Assembly: GCA_964016885.1 (NCBI GenBank) | Contig: OZ024742.1 | Location: forward strand, 329,840,001-329,904,000 | Direction of reading: 5' to 3' | Source of the DNA: Eledone cirrhosa | Taxonomy: Eukaryota | Length of the DNA: 64,000 bases | Part shown: positions 49,994 through 64,000 of the stretch, piece after piece | How the letters are laid out: each line of letters opens with the position of its first letter | Numbering within the stretch: the stretch's first letter is position 1 | Translations under genes and position numbers: made by a program | The notes under the pieces: model-generated | The model's input: the letters and a program-made list of their open reading frames with translations, nothing else | Databases searched by the model: none | Told to the model about the DNA's origin: nothing

Positions 49994-50479
49994 ATAAGTA
50001 AATAAAATAAAATAAATAAATAAATAAATAAATACATACACAAGCACAATAACAACAAGCACATAAACACACACTAGTCCCCCATCACACAGCAAACAAA
50101 ACACTATACACACACGCAAACGCATGCGCAAAGAAGACAAAATAAAATAAACAAACAAGCAAATAAATAAATAAATATATAGACAGACTGAATAAAAATG
50201 GCGTAAACATACAATACAACAGGAGGAAAGTATAGAACCACTGACGCTGTTGAAGATGTGCAACGAAAGATTTATGATAAACTATATATACGTGTTTGTG
50301 TCTATATTGTATCTTTATTATTTTTGACCGCCGGTCAGTCAATGGCAACATTGAGGACCGAGTATATTAGATTACGGATATAAAAGACACAGAAGCGAGA
50401 AGCGAAAACCAACCAGTCAGTGAGTGTGTTCTGTTATTAATTCTGGCAATATTACACAAATATGACCCTCCCCAAGTAT

Positions 50480-50630
<151 letters not shown>

Positions 50631-50748
50631 TATATATACACATATATATTTATATATATATTATATATACACATATATATATATATGTCTATATCTATAT
50701 CTATATATATATATATATACGTATATATATATATGTATATATATATAT

Positions 50749-50850
<102 letters not shown>

Positions 50851-51539
50851 GAAATAAAATAACAGGAGGCTGGACTGGGTTCCATTTGAATCCGGTGATA
50901 TCATCAGGTATTGGAATATAACAAAGAAATATGTAAAAAACATGGGTCCGTAAAGTCAGAGACAGAGACAAAGAGGACGACTGACCAACTAGCTTCTCGG
51001 CCAGTCGCTCTCAAAGTGTCTGCAACTGAGGATACTAATGAATATCTGTTGTGGGGACGAAGGCTTATAATGCACTACCACCACTCCGTCAAAGAAGAAG
51101 GGGAAGAAAGAAAGAAAGGGAGAAAGAAGTGTAGTGGTAAGGGTCATACTACATTCATGGTAGAAAATGCCGTGAAAAAATGCTACCCCAAAGAATCTAT
51201 AATGGGTGTCTGTATGGTCTAATGTGTGAAAAGAAGATTGGAACGTTAAACTTATGTTGTGAGTTATAGGATGAAATTAAATTAAATAAAAAATATTAAA
51301 TTGCAAAATTGAAAGATAAGTTATTAGAGAATTAAAGATTAAGGTAGCGAGATGTATTTATTTAATGAACTGACGGAGAGTCTTATATGAAAAAATGTAT
51401 CTCTATAAGATATTAGGATGCGGTATAGAGTCAAGATCTCGATTGGGAGTCCCAGCCCCCCCCCCCCCCCCCCATGAGTCAGCCAGTCTCGAGTGGTATC
51501 GTCCACCGAAAGAAATGGAAATTAATCTTTCCAAGAAAT

Positions 51540-52130
51540 TCCATTTCTCACTCTTAGCACGGTACTTACTTAAATGTAAGTATGTATGTATGTATACGTA
51601 CATACATATATGTATACAGACGTACATTAGTATGTATATATATACACACATGCACACATATATATATGCACGTATCGGTTTACCGAACATTTATTATATA
51701 CTTTCGGTGTGCCCGGCTGACTGAACTCATTCGATATGCAAATTAGGCTGCTCAGCCGTTAATATGCATAAGGAAAGTATATACTTTCAGACGTTCAAAC
51801 ATCTGGCAGGAAGGTATACGATGCTGACGATAGCTAATAAGCTTGAAACTAGTACATCCTTCCTGTGTCAGTGTTGAACAAAAAGGTGACGTGGTTGCCT
51901 AAACACTGTACGGCGTAATTTGGGCTGTTTGTTTGTTTACAAACAAACATACCGAGCATTATAATAAATGTTCGGTAAACCGATACGTGCATATATATAT
52001 ATGTGTGCATGTGTGTATATATATACATACTACTGTACGTCTGTATACATATATGTATGTACGTATACTCACATACATACTTACGTATATATATATATAT
52101 ATATGCATATATACTCCAGGGCGACCGGCT
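51540..52130 (+). repeat. Repeat family D (inverted head plus monomer) with HHR at 51820-51858
   Basis: gatg CTGACGA t-agct-aata-agct-t GAAA ctag TA catc. Confidence 0.8.
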
Positions 52131-52221
52131 GAATTTGAAGGAACAGAATAGCGGTCGCCCTCGGGTCCTCGATTTTCAGCGCCATGGATTTTACCTATTA
52201 CATTCACGTATTATATTTCGA

Positions 52222-52279
52222 ATACCTGATGATATCACCGGATTCATACGTAACCCGGTCATTGAAATGATCATAGTAT
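52222..52279 (+). ncRNA. Type I HHR
   Basis: atac CTGATGA [accgg..ccggt stem II] GAAA tgatca TA gtat; deleted inverted copy at about 50860-50922. Confidence 0.7.
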
Positions 52280-52473
52280 AATAAACCTTTCTAGGATTTA
52301 CACAAATCCAGCCTCCTGTCATTTCATTATAATATTTAACTTCGTAATAGCACCACCAACTACAAAAACAAAGACGGTTGAACTGCCTTACGTTGAGTAC
52401 TCTCTATATTATTGCATTACGATTGACCATACGGAATAGACCAGCTCTATACAGTGGTGAACCTCAAACCTGA

Positions 52474-52530
<57 letters not shown>

Positions 52531-52597
52531 TGTGTGTGTGTGTGTATGTGTATGTGTGTGATTATGCGTGTGTGCTTGTGTGTGTGTATGCGTGTGT

Positions 52598-52642
<45 letters not shown>

Positions 52643-53596
52643 GGGGTTTCGGTGTGTGTGTAATCTTTGAAATGTATAGCCGCCGTCATTTATTTGCTCG
52701 AAATCATATTTCAGCCTCACAGTATGTCAGAAAGAGTATTTTTGATATGTGTGTATTCGAGTGAAGCAACAGTACGTTTTACCTTTCAATTATCCTTTAC
52801 AAAATCCGGTATGTCCTGCCTAAAGTAAAACACATGTAATATGATAAATTACTATCATTGATTTATTTCTGAAACCACTCAAATGGTTTAACATAAACGG
52901 ACATATTAATGGTATATACCAATCCGGATTTTTCCTATCAATTACCCTATGAAAATCTAAAACAACACCATATTCTCGCCCGATGAAGAAATGTCCTGGT
53001 TTGCTGCGCTAAGCACAATAATAAAGGCTTAGACTATACGTTTGCATTCTGTTTGATAACAGACAATATTGCACAAGATGCGTAATATGTCATTCCCCGA
53101 GACCCTTCACCTTGTATGTTCCAAACAAAAATTAGTTTTATGTTTAGAAATGAGTCAACTGTGTTAAAATTCATTTGTGCTTTTGTTAGTTATGTTTTTA
53201 AATCATAACTAAATATAAAAAGTAGGTAAGTGATTGTTACTAAGATGTAATTTTATTGTATGTACTCTTTTCACAAAGAAGTTTGTTCTTATGAAAATAT
53301 TTTCTATTTGTATCCGATTCACTATGGTGATTTAGAAACACTTGACGTCACTTTGTTGTTTACCTCTCCAAACAGGTTAATTAATTATGTATACAATGTT
53401 TGAAGTACATAATGTTTTAATATGCGACCTGACGTTACGAGCACATATTAGTCTAAAACCTGTGTGGATTTCTTTACTTACAACGCTTTTTAGTGTTTGG
53501 TTTTTAAAATTATATGAGGCACTGGCATTTCTTTCTTGCCGTTCTGGAGTTAAATGTTCATGGTGTTTTCTTTGCATTATTAAAGCAGGAAAAGTG

Positions 53597-53812
53597 TGGT
53601 GGATTGGCAGAATCAGTAGAACGTCAGATAACATGATTTGCGGCATAGAGTTACGGCTCTTTACTTTCTGATTACAAATAGCCACGAGGTTTGCTTTGCC
53701 TTTTATCCTAATGGGTGCTATAAAATAAAGTACCAGTAAGCCTTGGGATGGATTTAATCGACTTTCTTCCCTCCTTCAATTTGCGGGCCTTCTATTTAAA
53801 GTAGAAACGATT
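53597..53812 (+). mobile_element. tRNA-derived SINE family 1, old copy
   Basis: ggtggattggcagaatcagtag ... tttgcctttttatcc ... taaaataaagtaccagt. Confidence 0.7.
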
Positions 53813-54292
53813 ATCAAAGCAGGTAAATCCTTGAACGAATTTGGAAAGCATTCTTGGGATAGAGTGTGTACACTTTAATGCTTCCCACTTACATCCTTTT
53901 CGGGAAAAAAACAATGTTATTTTCTCATCAGTGAAGTTAAGCTTCATCAATGTCGCTGTGTGATAATATTTAATAGGATTGTTATTTTTTAATCAGTTAT
54001 ATGGTGTTATTGTGTGAATTCAATACAAAACAGAGTCTGTTTTTCGTAACTGTATGTACGGGTGTTCCTAATGTCTGTTGTATTTAAAGTAGCCTACTAA
54101 GTATGAGAGCCGTGATTCATCATATAGTTTTTCGTATTCAGCGCGTAGCTGGGCTTTGTGGTTATATGCTTTATCTCCATATTTTAAATCATCGTTTTCT
54201 TGTGTACATATGAAGCTTATTGATATTTTCAATCTACGCTATATTGTTATATTTGATACACATTACAGCATTTATGTTGGATATATTATCGT

Positions 54293-54508
54293 GAAGATGC
54301 CAGGCTGAGTGGTTAGAGAATTGGATTAGCAATCGTGAGGTTGTCACTTCGATTGCCGGATTGAGTGATGCGTTATGTCCTTGAGCAAGACACTCCTACT
54401 CACGTTACTCCTTTTACCTGGATTTGTTACCGATAGATAGTATTAGCAATTGGAAAGACCAATGGAGACACTGTTTCATCGGTCCGATTTGACAAAAATT
54501 CGATCGAC
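54293..54508 (+). mobile_element. tRNA-derived SINE family 2
   Basis: Matches the reverse complement of 37134-37361. Confidence 0.75.
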
Positions 54509-54642
54509 TGTCGATACATGATCATGTTTTATCAAGGTATATAGAAGAAACAAGGTATAGAGTAGAAACAATTATTTACGTTTAGAACATTTGATGATTG
54601 CTTGCATTTGTTTTGAGTGTTTCAAAGTCCTACTTGACTATT

Positions 54643-54725
<83 letters not shown>

Positions 54726-54785
54726 TCAGTTCGGATCTAGGTGCAGAAACCGCCGGATATCAGCCGTCAGAGATTTGATTATTTT

Positions 54786-54834
<49 letters not shown>

Positions 54835-54841
<7 letters not shown>

Positions 54842-55943
54842 AGTATGCGTACGTATATACATATATGTATACATACGTACAGTAGTATATATATATATAT
54901 ATATATACATACATGCACACACACACATATATATATACATATATATACTATATATATGTACGTATTGATTTACCGAGCATTTATTATAAAGCACGGTTTG
55001 TTTCTAAACAAACATCCAGAATTAAGCCGTACAGTGTTTAGCAACCATCGTCGCCCTTTTGTTCAAAATTGACCCTAGTATCAAGCTTATTATGCATATT
55101 AACGGCTGAGCAGGCTAATTTGCATATCGAGTGAGTTAATCGGCCGGGCGCACCGAAAACGATAAATGGAAAAAGTGAAACGAAATATCATTTATCACTC
55201 TCAGTACGGCTCTTACTTAAATATAAGTATGTGTACGTACATACATATGTATACAGACGTACAGTAGTAGGTATATATATGCATACATGCACACACATAT
55301 ATATATGTACGTATGGATTTACCGGGATGTTTTGTTTACAAACAAACCGAGTATTATGATAAATGTTCCGTAAATCCATACGTACATATATATATATGTG
55401 TGCATGTATGTATATATATACATACTACTGTACTTCTGTATACATACATGTATGTACGTACACATACTTATATTTAAGTAACAGCCATACTAAGAGACAG
55501 AAATGAAATTTCGTTTCATTTTCTCCATTTATCGTTTTCGGTGCGCCCGGCCGATTTAGTCACTCGGTATGCAAATTAGGCATAAAGAAAGTATATACTT
55601 TCATATCTTCAATCATCAGGCACGAAGGTATACGGTGCTGAATGAAAGCTAATAAGGTTGAAACTAGTACATCGTTCCTTTGTCAGTGATGAAAAAAAGG
55701 GAAACGATGGTTGCAAAACACTGTACGGTTTAATTCGGGATGTTTGTTTACAAACAAACAGAGCATTATAATAAATGTTCGGTAAATCCATATGTGCATA
55801 TATATATATGTGTGCATGTATGTATGTATGTATATAGATACTACTGTACGTCTGTATACATATATGTATGTACGTACACATACTTATATTAAAGTAACAG
55901 CCGTACTTAGTGTGAGAGATGAAAGTTTGTTTCATTTTTTTCC

Positions 55944-55950
<7 letters not shown>
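54835..55950. repeat. Family D copies in inverted arrangement (degenerate HHR about 55632-55675)
   Basis: Shared blocks ctaatttgcatatcgagtgag, cggccgggcgcaccgaaaacgataaa on both strands. Confidence 0.75.
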
Positions 55951-56022
<72 letters not shown>

Positions 56023-56098
56023 GTTATCCAGAAAGCTCCAACTGTTAAGGTTGTCTTTTTTCCGGGTATGTCAATAATTATTTATAAAACAAAACTGT

Positions 56099-56162
56099 GT
56101 TTTATCTGATGAAAGCGCACCATAATTTGCCTTGGTGGCCCTTGAAATATGTATAATAAAAT
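56099..56162 (+). ncRNA. Type I HHR in a short unique island between (TA)n tracts
   Basis: gttttat CTGATGA aag..cacca/tggtg..ctt GAAA tatgta TA ataaaat. Confidence 0.65.
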
Positions 56163-56233
56163 AAATATGGCTTTATAAATATATTTTCCATTTATTAATA
56201 TATTATGTATATATATGCATATCATATATATAA

Positions 56234-56605
<372 letters not shown>

Positions 56606-56806
56606 TACATATTATATATATATATATATATAGAGAGATATTATATATATATATAATATATATGTATATATATATTATATATATATAATATATATCTATA
56701 TATATATATATATTATTAATATATAATATATATGTATATATATATATTATATAATATATATGTGTATATATATATATCATATATATATAATATATATGTA
56801 TATATG

Positions 56807-56837
<31 letters not shown>

Positions 56838-56880
56838 TATGTATATATATATATATAATATATATATGTATATATATATA

Positions 56881-56914
<34 letters not shown>

Positions 56915-56918
<4 letters not shown>

Positions 56919-57030
56919 AGATAGAATAGAATGAAACGAAATTTTATTTCTCACTCTTAGTACGGCACTTACTTAAATGTAAGTATGTATGTATACGTAC
57001 ATACATATATGTATACAGACGTACGCTAGC

Positions 57031-57104
<74 letters not shown>

Positions 57105-57668
57105 CGTAATTATGTGTATGTTTATGCATATACGCGCGTGTGTGTGTGAGTGTACGAATATGTGTGAGTATGTGAATGTGTGTATACATTTATTTCATAT
57201 TTATGTGTCTATACGCATTTTATCTGTGGATTGTAAACTTACAGAGACATTAGCCTTGAATTTTTGTATTTGCATACATCTTTTTGGCATGCGTATGCAT
57301 GTGAGCATATATCTTTGTATAAATATGTGTACGAAGTTAATTACATGTATATACACACACCAAACTGCATAAAAATTTTTTGTATTTTCATTGGTCAATT
57401 TGAACTCTGTTCCCAAACGGACCTGAAATTTTGAATTGTTGTTATTATCAATAAATATATTTCATTATTTCTGAAGACGGCATATATGTGTGTTTGGTAT
57501 GTATATTTAATCTTGATAGTTTGTATAATTTTGTATAATTTTGTACATAGTCTGTTGAATATGCATGCCAATTCTAACACATATATATCCTAGAAACGAT
57601 CGTTAAATAATGAACTTTTTTTGTTTAATATAAGGAACTGTTTCATTGTTTTATTCATTATTTTTTTA

Positions 57669-57721
<53 letters not shown>

Positions 57722-58147
57722 AGGCACACATATATATATGTACGTATCAGTTTAGCGAACATTTATTATAATGTTCGCTTTGTCCGTTTGTAAACAACCG
57801 GACAGCCGTATTTATGCCCTACGGTGTTAAGGCAACCACGTCACCTTTTTGTTCAACACTGACACAGGAACGATGTACTAGTTTCAAGCTTGTTAGCTAT
57901 CGTCAGAACCGTATATCCTTCTGCCAGATAGTTGAACGTTCAAATGTATATACTTTCCTTATGAAAATTAGCGGCTGAGCAGCCTAATTTGCATATCGAG
58001 TGAGCTCAGTCGGCCAGGCGCACCGAAAAGATAAATAGATAGAATAGAATGAAACGAAATTTCATTTCCCACTCTTATACGGCACTTACTTAAATGTAAG
58101 TATGTATGTATACGTACATACATATATGTATACAGACGTACAGTAGC

Positions 58148-58228
<81 letters not shown>

Positions 58229-58655
58229 CAGGCACACATATATATATGTACGTATCAGTTTAGCGAACATTTATTATAATGTTCGCTTTGTCCGTTGGTA
58301 AACAAACGGACAGACTGATTTATGCCGTACGGTGTTAAGGCAACCACGTCACCTTTTTGTTCAACACTGACACAGGATCGATGTACTAGTTTCAAGCTTG
58401 TTAGCTATCGTCAGCACCGTATACCCTTCTGCCAGATAGTTGAACGTTCGAAAGTATATACGTTCCTTATGAAAATTAGCGGCTGAGCAGCCTAATTTGC
58501 ATATCGAGTGAGTTCAGTCGGCCAGGCGCACCGCAAACGATAAATAGATAGAATAGAATGAAACGAAATTTCATTTCTCACCGTTAGTACGGCACTTACT
58601 TAAATGTATATATGTATGTATACGTACATACATATATGTATACAGACGTACAGTA

Positions 58656-58702
<47 letters not shown>

Positions 58703-58724
58703 CAGGCACACATATATATATGTA
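56915..58724 (-). repeat. Family D tandem array (period about 508 bp; HHRs 57871-57911 and 58379-58419), interrupted by a family A 3' end
   Basis: Direct repeats 57720-58227 and 58228-58724. Confidence 0.85.
57103..57677 (+). mobile_element. PLE family A solo 3' end with long-stem-II HHR (57461-57614)
   Basis: Colinear with 45920-46480. Confidence 0.85.
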
Positions 58725-59205
58725 TTTATTTCCTTTGTTCTTAACTCTGTAGCGGAGATTCATATGGTCTTTTAGTTAGAATTTTAGTCTACGACTTCTG
58801 CTATACCATTTACGTGGTTTTCTCTTTGCGTGCTATTGTTCTCCACGCTCCACATATTACTTATTATCTACGATTTTTCGTTCATTGCCAGAGAACGTCT
58901 GCATGCACCACCTAAGAGAACATTAGTCCACGACCTCTTTTATACCAAAAACGTGGTTCTGTCTTTGCGCGTAATTGTTTTTCACCGCTCCTATTAATGA
59001 CGTATTATTCGTTTTCCCCCGTTCTTTGCCAGCGAACGTTACCACGACACAAAGTATCGTCTTCCTGTCTTCCTCCGGTTGCAACGTTTGTTGAAATATC
59101 CAGTTCTGCGTTTACAGATTGACTTTGTTAGTTTCAGAAGATCCCGTAAAGGGTGAAAGCAGCGATTCTTTGCTTATACTTTAATCTGTTATTTTAATAT
59201 ATATA

Positions 59206-59284
<79 letters not shown>

Positions 59285-59372
59285 GTCTTATATATATATA
59301 TAATATATATATATATCTTATATATATATATATATATATACGTATACATATGTATTATATATATATATAATG

Positions 59373-59404
<32 letters not shown>

Positions 59405-59447
59405 ATATATATATACGTATACATATGTATTATATATATATATAATA

Positions 59448-59511
<64 letters not shown>

Positions 59512-59515
<4 letters not shown>

Positions 59516-60534
59516 TATGAAGAGAAGAAACATTTAGATATAATAAAATGTATCATACCCCCTCCGCCTTCTGGGATTCTTTCTCACGTCGTGTAGACGC
59601 GTTCTTGAGACTAGTAAAATGAGGTATCCTCTTGATAAGTCGGCAGACCTCGCAAGGACTCTATATCTTTCATATATTGTTTTTGTTTATGCCACGAAAC
59701 TACGTAGTCGAGGAATTTAGGAGCAGTTTAGGTATGATACATTTTATTACTAATTATATCTAAATGTTTCTTCTCTCTTCATAATGTATTTTTAACTCTG
59801 ATACTGGTTCAGTCTGGTTCAAACTGAATTGGTCTGTCCCAGTCATTCATTGAGCAACATCGGTGAAGTTGGCACCCTTAACTCACAGTTGGGTGCGGAT
59901 GCATTCATGTATATATGTGTGTGTCCGCATGTATCTGTGTGTTTATAAATATATTAATAACTCCCTCTGGTCGAGCAATCTTTGAAGTGTGGGGACAATT
60001 GGAAAGCTTCCATTACTCATACTTCTCGCCTTCTTCACTACCTCTTCTACGGCCTCGATATGAATACCCCCTCCGCCTCCGTGGTATTTTCTTCGTGGTT
60101 ATAAGAGGCTTAGCTCTGTTTCTCGACCGTTATATCGCGTGACTATCTCCCCCTCCGCCTTCTGGGATTCTTTCTCACGTCGTGTAGACGCGTTCTTGAG
60201 ACTAGTAAAATGAGGTATCCTCTTGATAAGTCGGCAGACCTCGCAAGGACTCTATATCTTTCATATATTGTTTTTGTTTATGCCACGAAACTACGTAGTC
60301 GAGGAATTTAGGAGCAGTTTAGGTATGATACATTTTATTACTAATTATATCTAAATGTTTCTTCTCTCTTCATAATGTATTTTTAACTCTGATACTGGTT
60401 CAGTCTGGTTCAAACTGAATTGGTCTGTCCCAGTCATTCATTGAGCAACATCGGTGAAGTTGGCACCCTTAACTCACAGTTGGGTGCGGATGCATTCATG
60501 TATATATGTGTGTGTCCGCATGTATCTGTGTGTT

Positions 60535-60545
<11 letters not shown>
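59512..60545 (+). repeat. Non-coding family G: inverted 5' piece (59512-59558) plus partial tandem (period 591 bp), with U3-A8 HHRs at 59627-59714 and 60218-60305
   Basis: tcctc TTGATAA gtcggca..tgccac GAAA ctacgtag TC gagga. Confidence 0.8.
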
Positions 60546-60579
<34 letters not shown>

Positions 60580-60673
60580 GTATTATATATATATATAATA
60601 TATATATATATATAATATACATATGTATTATATATATATATAATATATATATATGTATATACATATGTATTAT

Positions 60674-60731
<58 letters not shown>

Positions 60732-60795
60732 ATATGTATTATATATATATAATATATGTATATATAAACATATGTATTATATATATATAATATAT

Positions 60796-60863
<68 letters not shown>

Positions 60864-61026
60864 ATATATATATATATATACATATGTATTATATATATAT
60901 ATATACATATATATATAATATATATATATATATACATATGTATTATATATATATATAATATATATATATATACATATGTATTATATATATATATAATATA
61001 TATATATATATACATATGTATTATAT

Positions 61027-61058
<32 letters not shown>

Positions 61059-61110
61059 CATACGTATTATATATATATATAATATATATATATATATACA
61101 TTTGTATTAT

Positions 61111-61142
<32 letters not shown>

Positions 61143-61152
61143 CATATGTATT

Positions 61153-61186
<34 letters not shown>

Positions 61187-61300
61187 CATATGTATTATAT
61201 ATATATAATATACATATATATATAGATATATATATATATATATATATATACATATGTATTATATATCTATAATATATATATATATATATACATATGTATT

Positions 61301-61343
<43 letters not shown>

Positions 61344-61578
61344 GTATTATATATATATATAATATATATATATATATATACATATGTATTATATATATAT
61401 AATATATATATATACATATGTATTATATATATATAATTTATATATATATATACATATGTATTATATATATATATTATATATTTATACATATGTATTATAT
61501 ATATATAATTTATATATATATATACATATGTATTATATATATATAATTTATATATATATATATATATACATATGTATT

Positions 61579-61632
<54 letters not shown>

Positions 61633-61636
61633 ATAT

Positions 61637-61678
<42 letters not shown>

Positions 61679-62022
61679 CGTATATATATATACATATATA
61701 TATTATATATATATAATATATATATACATATATATATGTATATACATATTATATATATATAATATATATAGATATATATATATATATACATATATATATT
61801 ATATATATATAATATATATATGTATATATTATATATATATAATATATATATGTATATATATATATATCTATATATATTATATATATATAATATATATATG
61901 TATATATATATATATATGTATATATATATTATATATATATAATATATATATGTATATTATATATATATAATATATATATATATTATATATATATAATATA
62001 TATATATTAGATATATATAATA
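60546..62022. repeat. (TA)n-based minisatellite with recurring acatatgtatt unit
   Basis: Direct inspection. Confidence 0.9.
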
Positions 62023-62023
62023 T

Positions 62024-62864
62024 AGGAAGACGAACTGGCCAACCTGTTCGGTAGGACATTCAGCCCGGTACCCATGGATAACTTCCAGAGGTCCCTGGCC
62101 TGGCAATGCTACAGAAGGGCTCTGCCCGTTCGAGAAAGGCTCTACAGACACGGGCGCCCGGGTAGGGACCCATCGAAAAAGGTCTGTCCCAGATGCGTGT
62201 GCGACGAGGAAACCGTTGCACACGCATTGGTACACTGCTCGGGCATTGCCGATCCGTGGGGCTATGTCGAACAACTGCTGTCAAGGGTGGGACCGATCCG
62301 GTTGACCACTGAGTCTATTGTAACGATCAAGCCGCCTCCCCTCTTCAAAAACGAAGGAGAGGCGGTGTTTCTGTGCGTAATAGCCATGGCGAAAGATGTT
62401 GTATGGTGGACGCGTCTGAAAGGACTGAGGTCAGACACCTTTCTCTCTGGCCAACAACTGGTCCGTTTCTTCCGATATCATTTCGGAAGAAGGATCAGGA
62501 TGGAGAGAGAGGTGCTGCACCCCAGCCGTTTCTATGAAAGGTGGGTGAAAGTGGCGAGAATGGCCCGTGTGAATGGGCCTTCACTCTACATCAGACTATA
62601 GGTGAGGAAGATGAAAGACCAAGGGAGCACCCCTTCTCTGTGCTCCTGAGGAGAAGGGTTACACACTTTTTTCGGGGGTGTGTGCGACCCCCCAAGGCGC
62701 CTCCTCTCTACTGAGGACTTTATTATAAATTTTATTTTTTGTTATACTTTATTTTATTTTTATATATTGTTATTGCCTCCTCCTTATTGAGGACGCCTTG
62801 TTTTGTAAACTCACCCCATTGTACTTGTCCCACTTTTGATGCCCTGGTGGCAAATAAAAGAAAC
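62024..62864 (+). mobile_element. 5'-truncated L1/Tx1-like LINE: ORF2 C-terminus (to 62601) plus 3' UTR
   Basis: W...RALP..RL...CPRC..DEETVAHALVHC zinc-knuckle (zf-RVT-like); AATAAA at about 62852; (TA)n on both sides. Confidence 0.75.
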
Positions 62865-62882
62865 ATATATATATATATATAT

Positions 62883-62982
<100 letters not shown>

Positions 62983-62985
62983 CAT

Positions 62986-63673
62986 GAGCCCTCTGCCGCT
63001 CATATCGAATTTTGTTTATCGCGAACTCGTGCGCCGAGTTTTCGATACTCGATTATTCTACTATATTTTGCTCTAGACCTAGCTATTGACCAGTTAATTT
63101 TATTGTTCATTTTTTGTCGATTCTATTAAGTGATGAATAGCTCCTGTTTATTTTAACATGTCTATTGAGCACTCTTATTCCATATGTGTATTTCCACATT
63201 TTCCCGAATATTTTTCGCGGATATAGAGGTTATCTCCCTTCCTGAATTCCATGTGCGTATTTAGCCTGGGTTATGCCTTTTCATTCGTTTGGACAAAGCT
63301 CGTTGAGGAAGTAAACTCCCGTCCGCTGGCACCTAGAAATGTCATATATTTTTATGTGAGCTGATAGAGGACAGTTTAAGGATTTACAGAAACCCAAGAA
63401 GCTAGATTTACCATCTTTCTAGCGGGTCCGGATATGCTTTTTACATTCATTTGATTTATTGATTTATTGATTTTTTATCTGAGTGTCCTGAATCTTCCAG
63501 ATCGCAATTTTTCGGTCGTACGGTTGATTATAGACTTGTTCTATTAGTGACGGTATTTTAACGATAGTTATAGCTCTGATTTATCTAAATTATTGAGCCC
63601 TCTGCCGCTCATATCGAATTTTGTTTATCGTGAACTCGTGCGCCGATTTTTCGATACTCGATTATTCTACTAT
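62986..63673. repeat. Non-coding partial tandem repeat (period about 609 bp), family H
   Basis: gagccctctgccgctcatatcg...ttctactata at 62986 and 63595. Confidence 0.8.
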
Positions 63674-63873
63674 ATATACATATATATATTATATATATAT
63701 ATATATACATATATATTATATATTATATATATATATTATATATATATATATACACATATATATTATATATATATATATACACATATATATTATACATATA
63801 TTATATATATATATAATATATATATACATATATATTATATATTTATAATAAATATATATAAACACATATATAT

Positions 63874-63904
<31 letters not shown>

Positions 63905-63916
63905 CATATATATTAT

Positions 63917-63967
<51 letters not shown>

Positions 63968-64000
63968 TAATATATATATATACATATATATTATATATAT

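Noticed and set aside
59120-59170. cagaaga-tccc..gggt-gaaa HHR-like motif
   Set aside because: Core mutated and no UH or stem I; at most a decayed remnant

Overview
Very AT-rich eukaryotic (animal) genomic DNA with no host gene I can support. The SINE family and extreme (TA)n/(TG)n content suggest a cephalopod such as Octopus (inference). About 1-4.8 kb and 52.7-54.6 kb are ordinary intergenic DNA with tRNA-derived SINEs. The rest is a nested pile-up of Penelope-like retroelements (PLEs; RT + C-terminal GIY-YIG) and non-coding hammerhead-ribozyme (HHR) repeats, mostly inserted into (TA)n tracts. One PLE copy has an uninterrupted 818-codon ORF (41313-43769); the others are truncated, inverted or disrupted. 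Reading by eye I found about 35 type I HHR or HHR-like motifs from about 10 repeat families. Highlights: (i) two homogeneous tandem arrays of a highly structured 310-bp HHR monomer (retrozyme/circular-RNA-like); (ii) HHRs with a very long stem II (90-114 nt) and 6-nt palindromic stem III in two autonomous PLE families; (iii) HHRs with a compensatory U3-A8 core (TTGANAA) in several unrelated families. A 5'-truncated L1/Tx1-like LINE lies at about 62.0-62.9 kb. Most short ORFs in the track are microsatellite artefacts. All folds and boundaries are manual and approximate.
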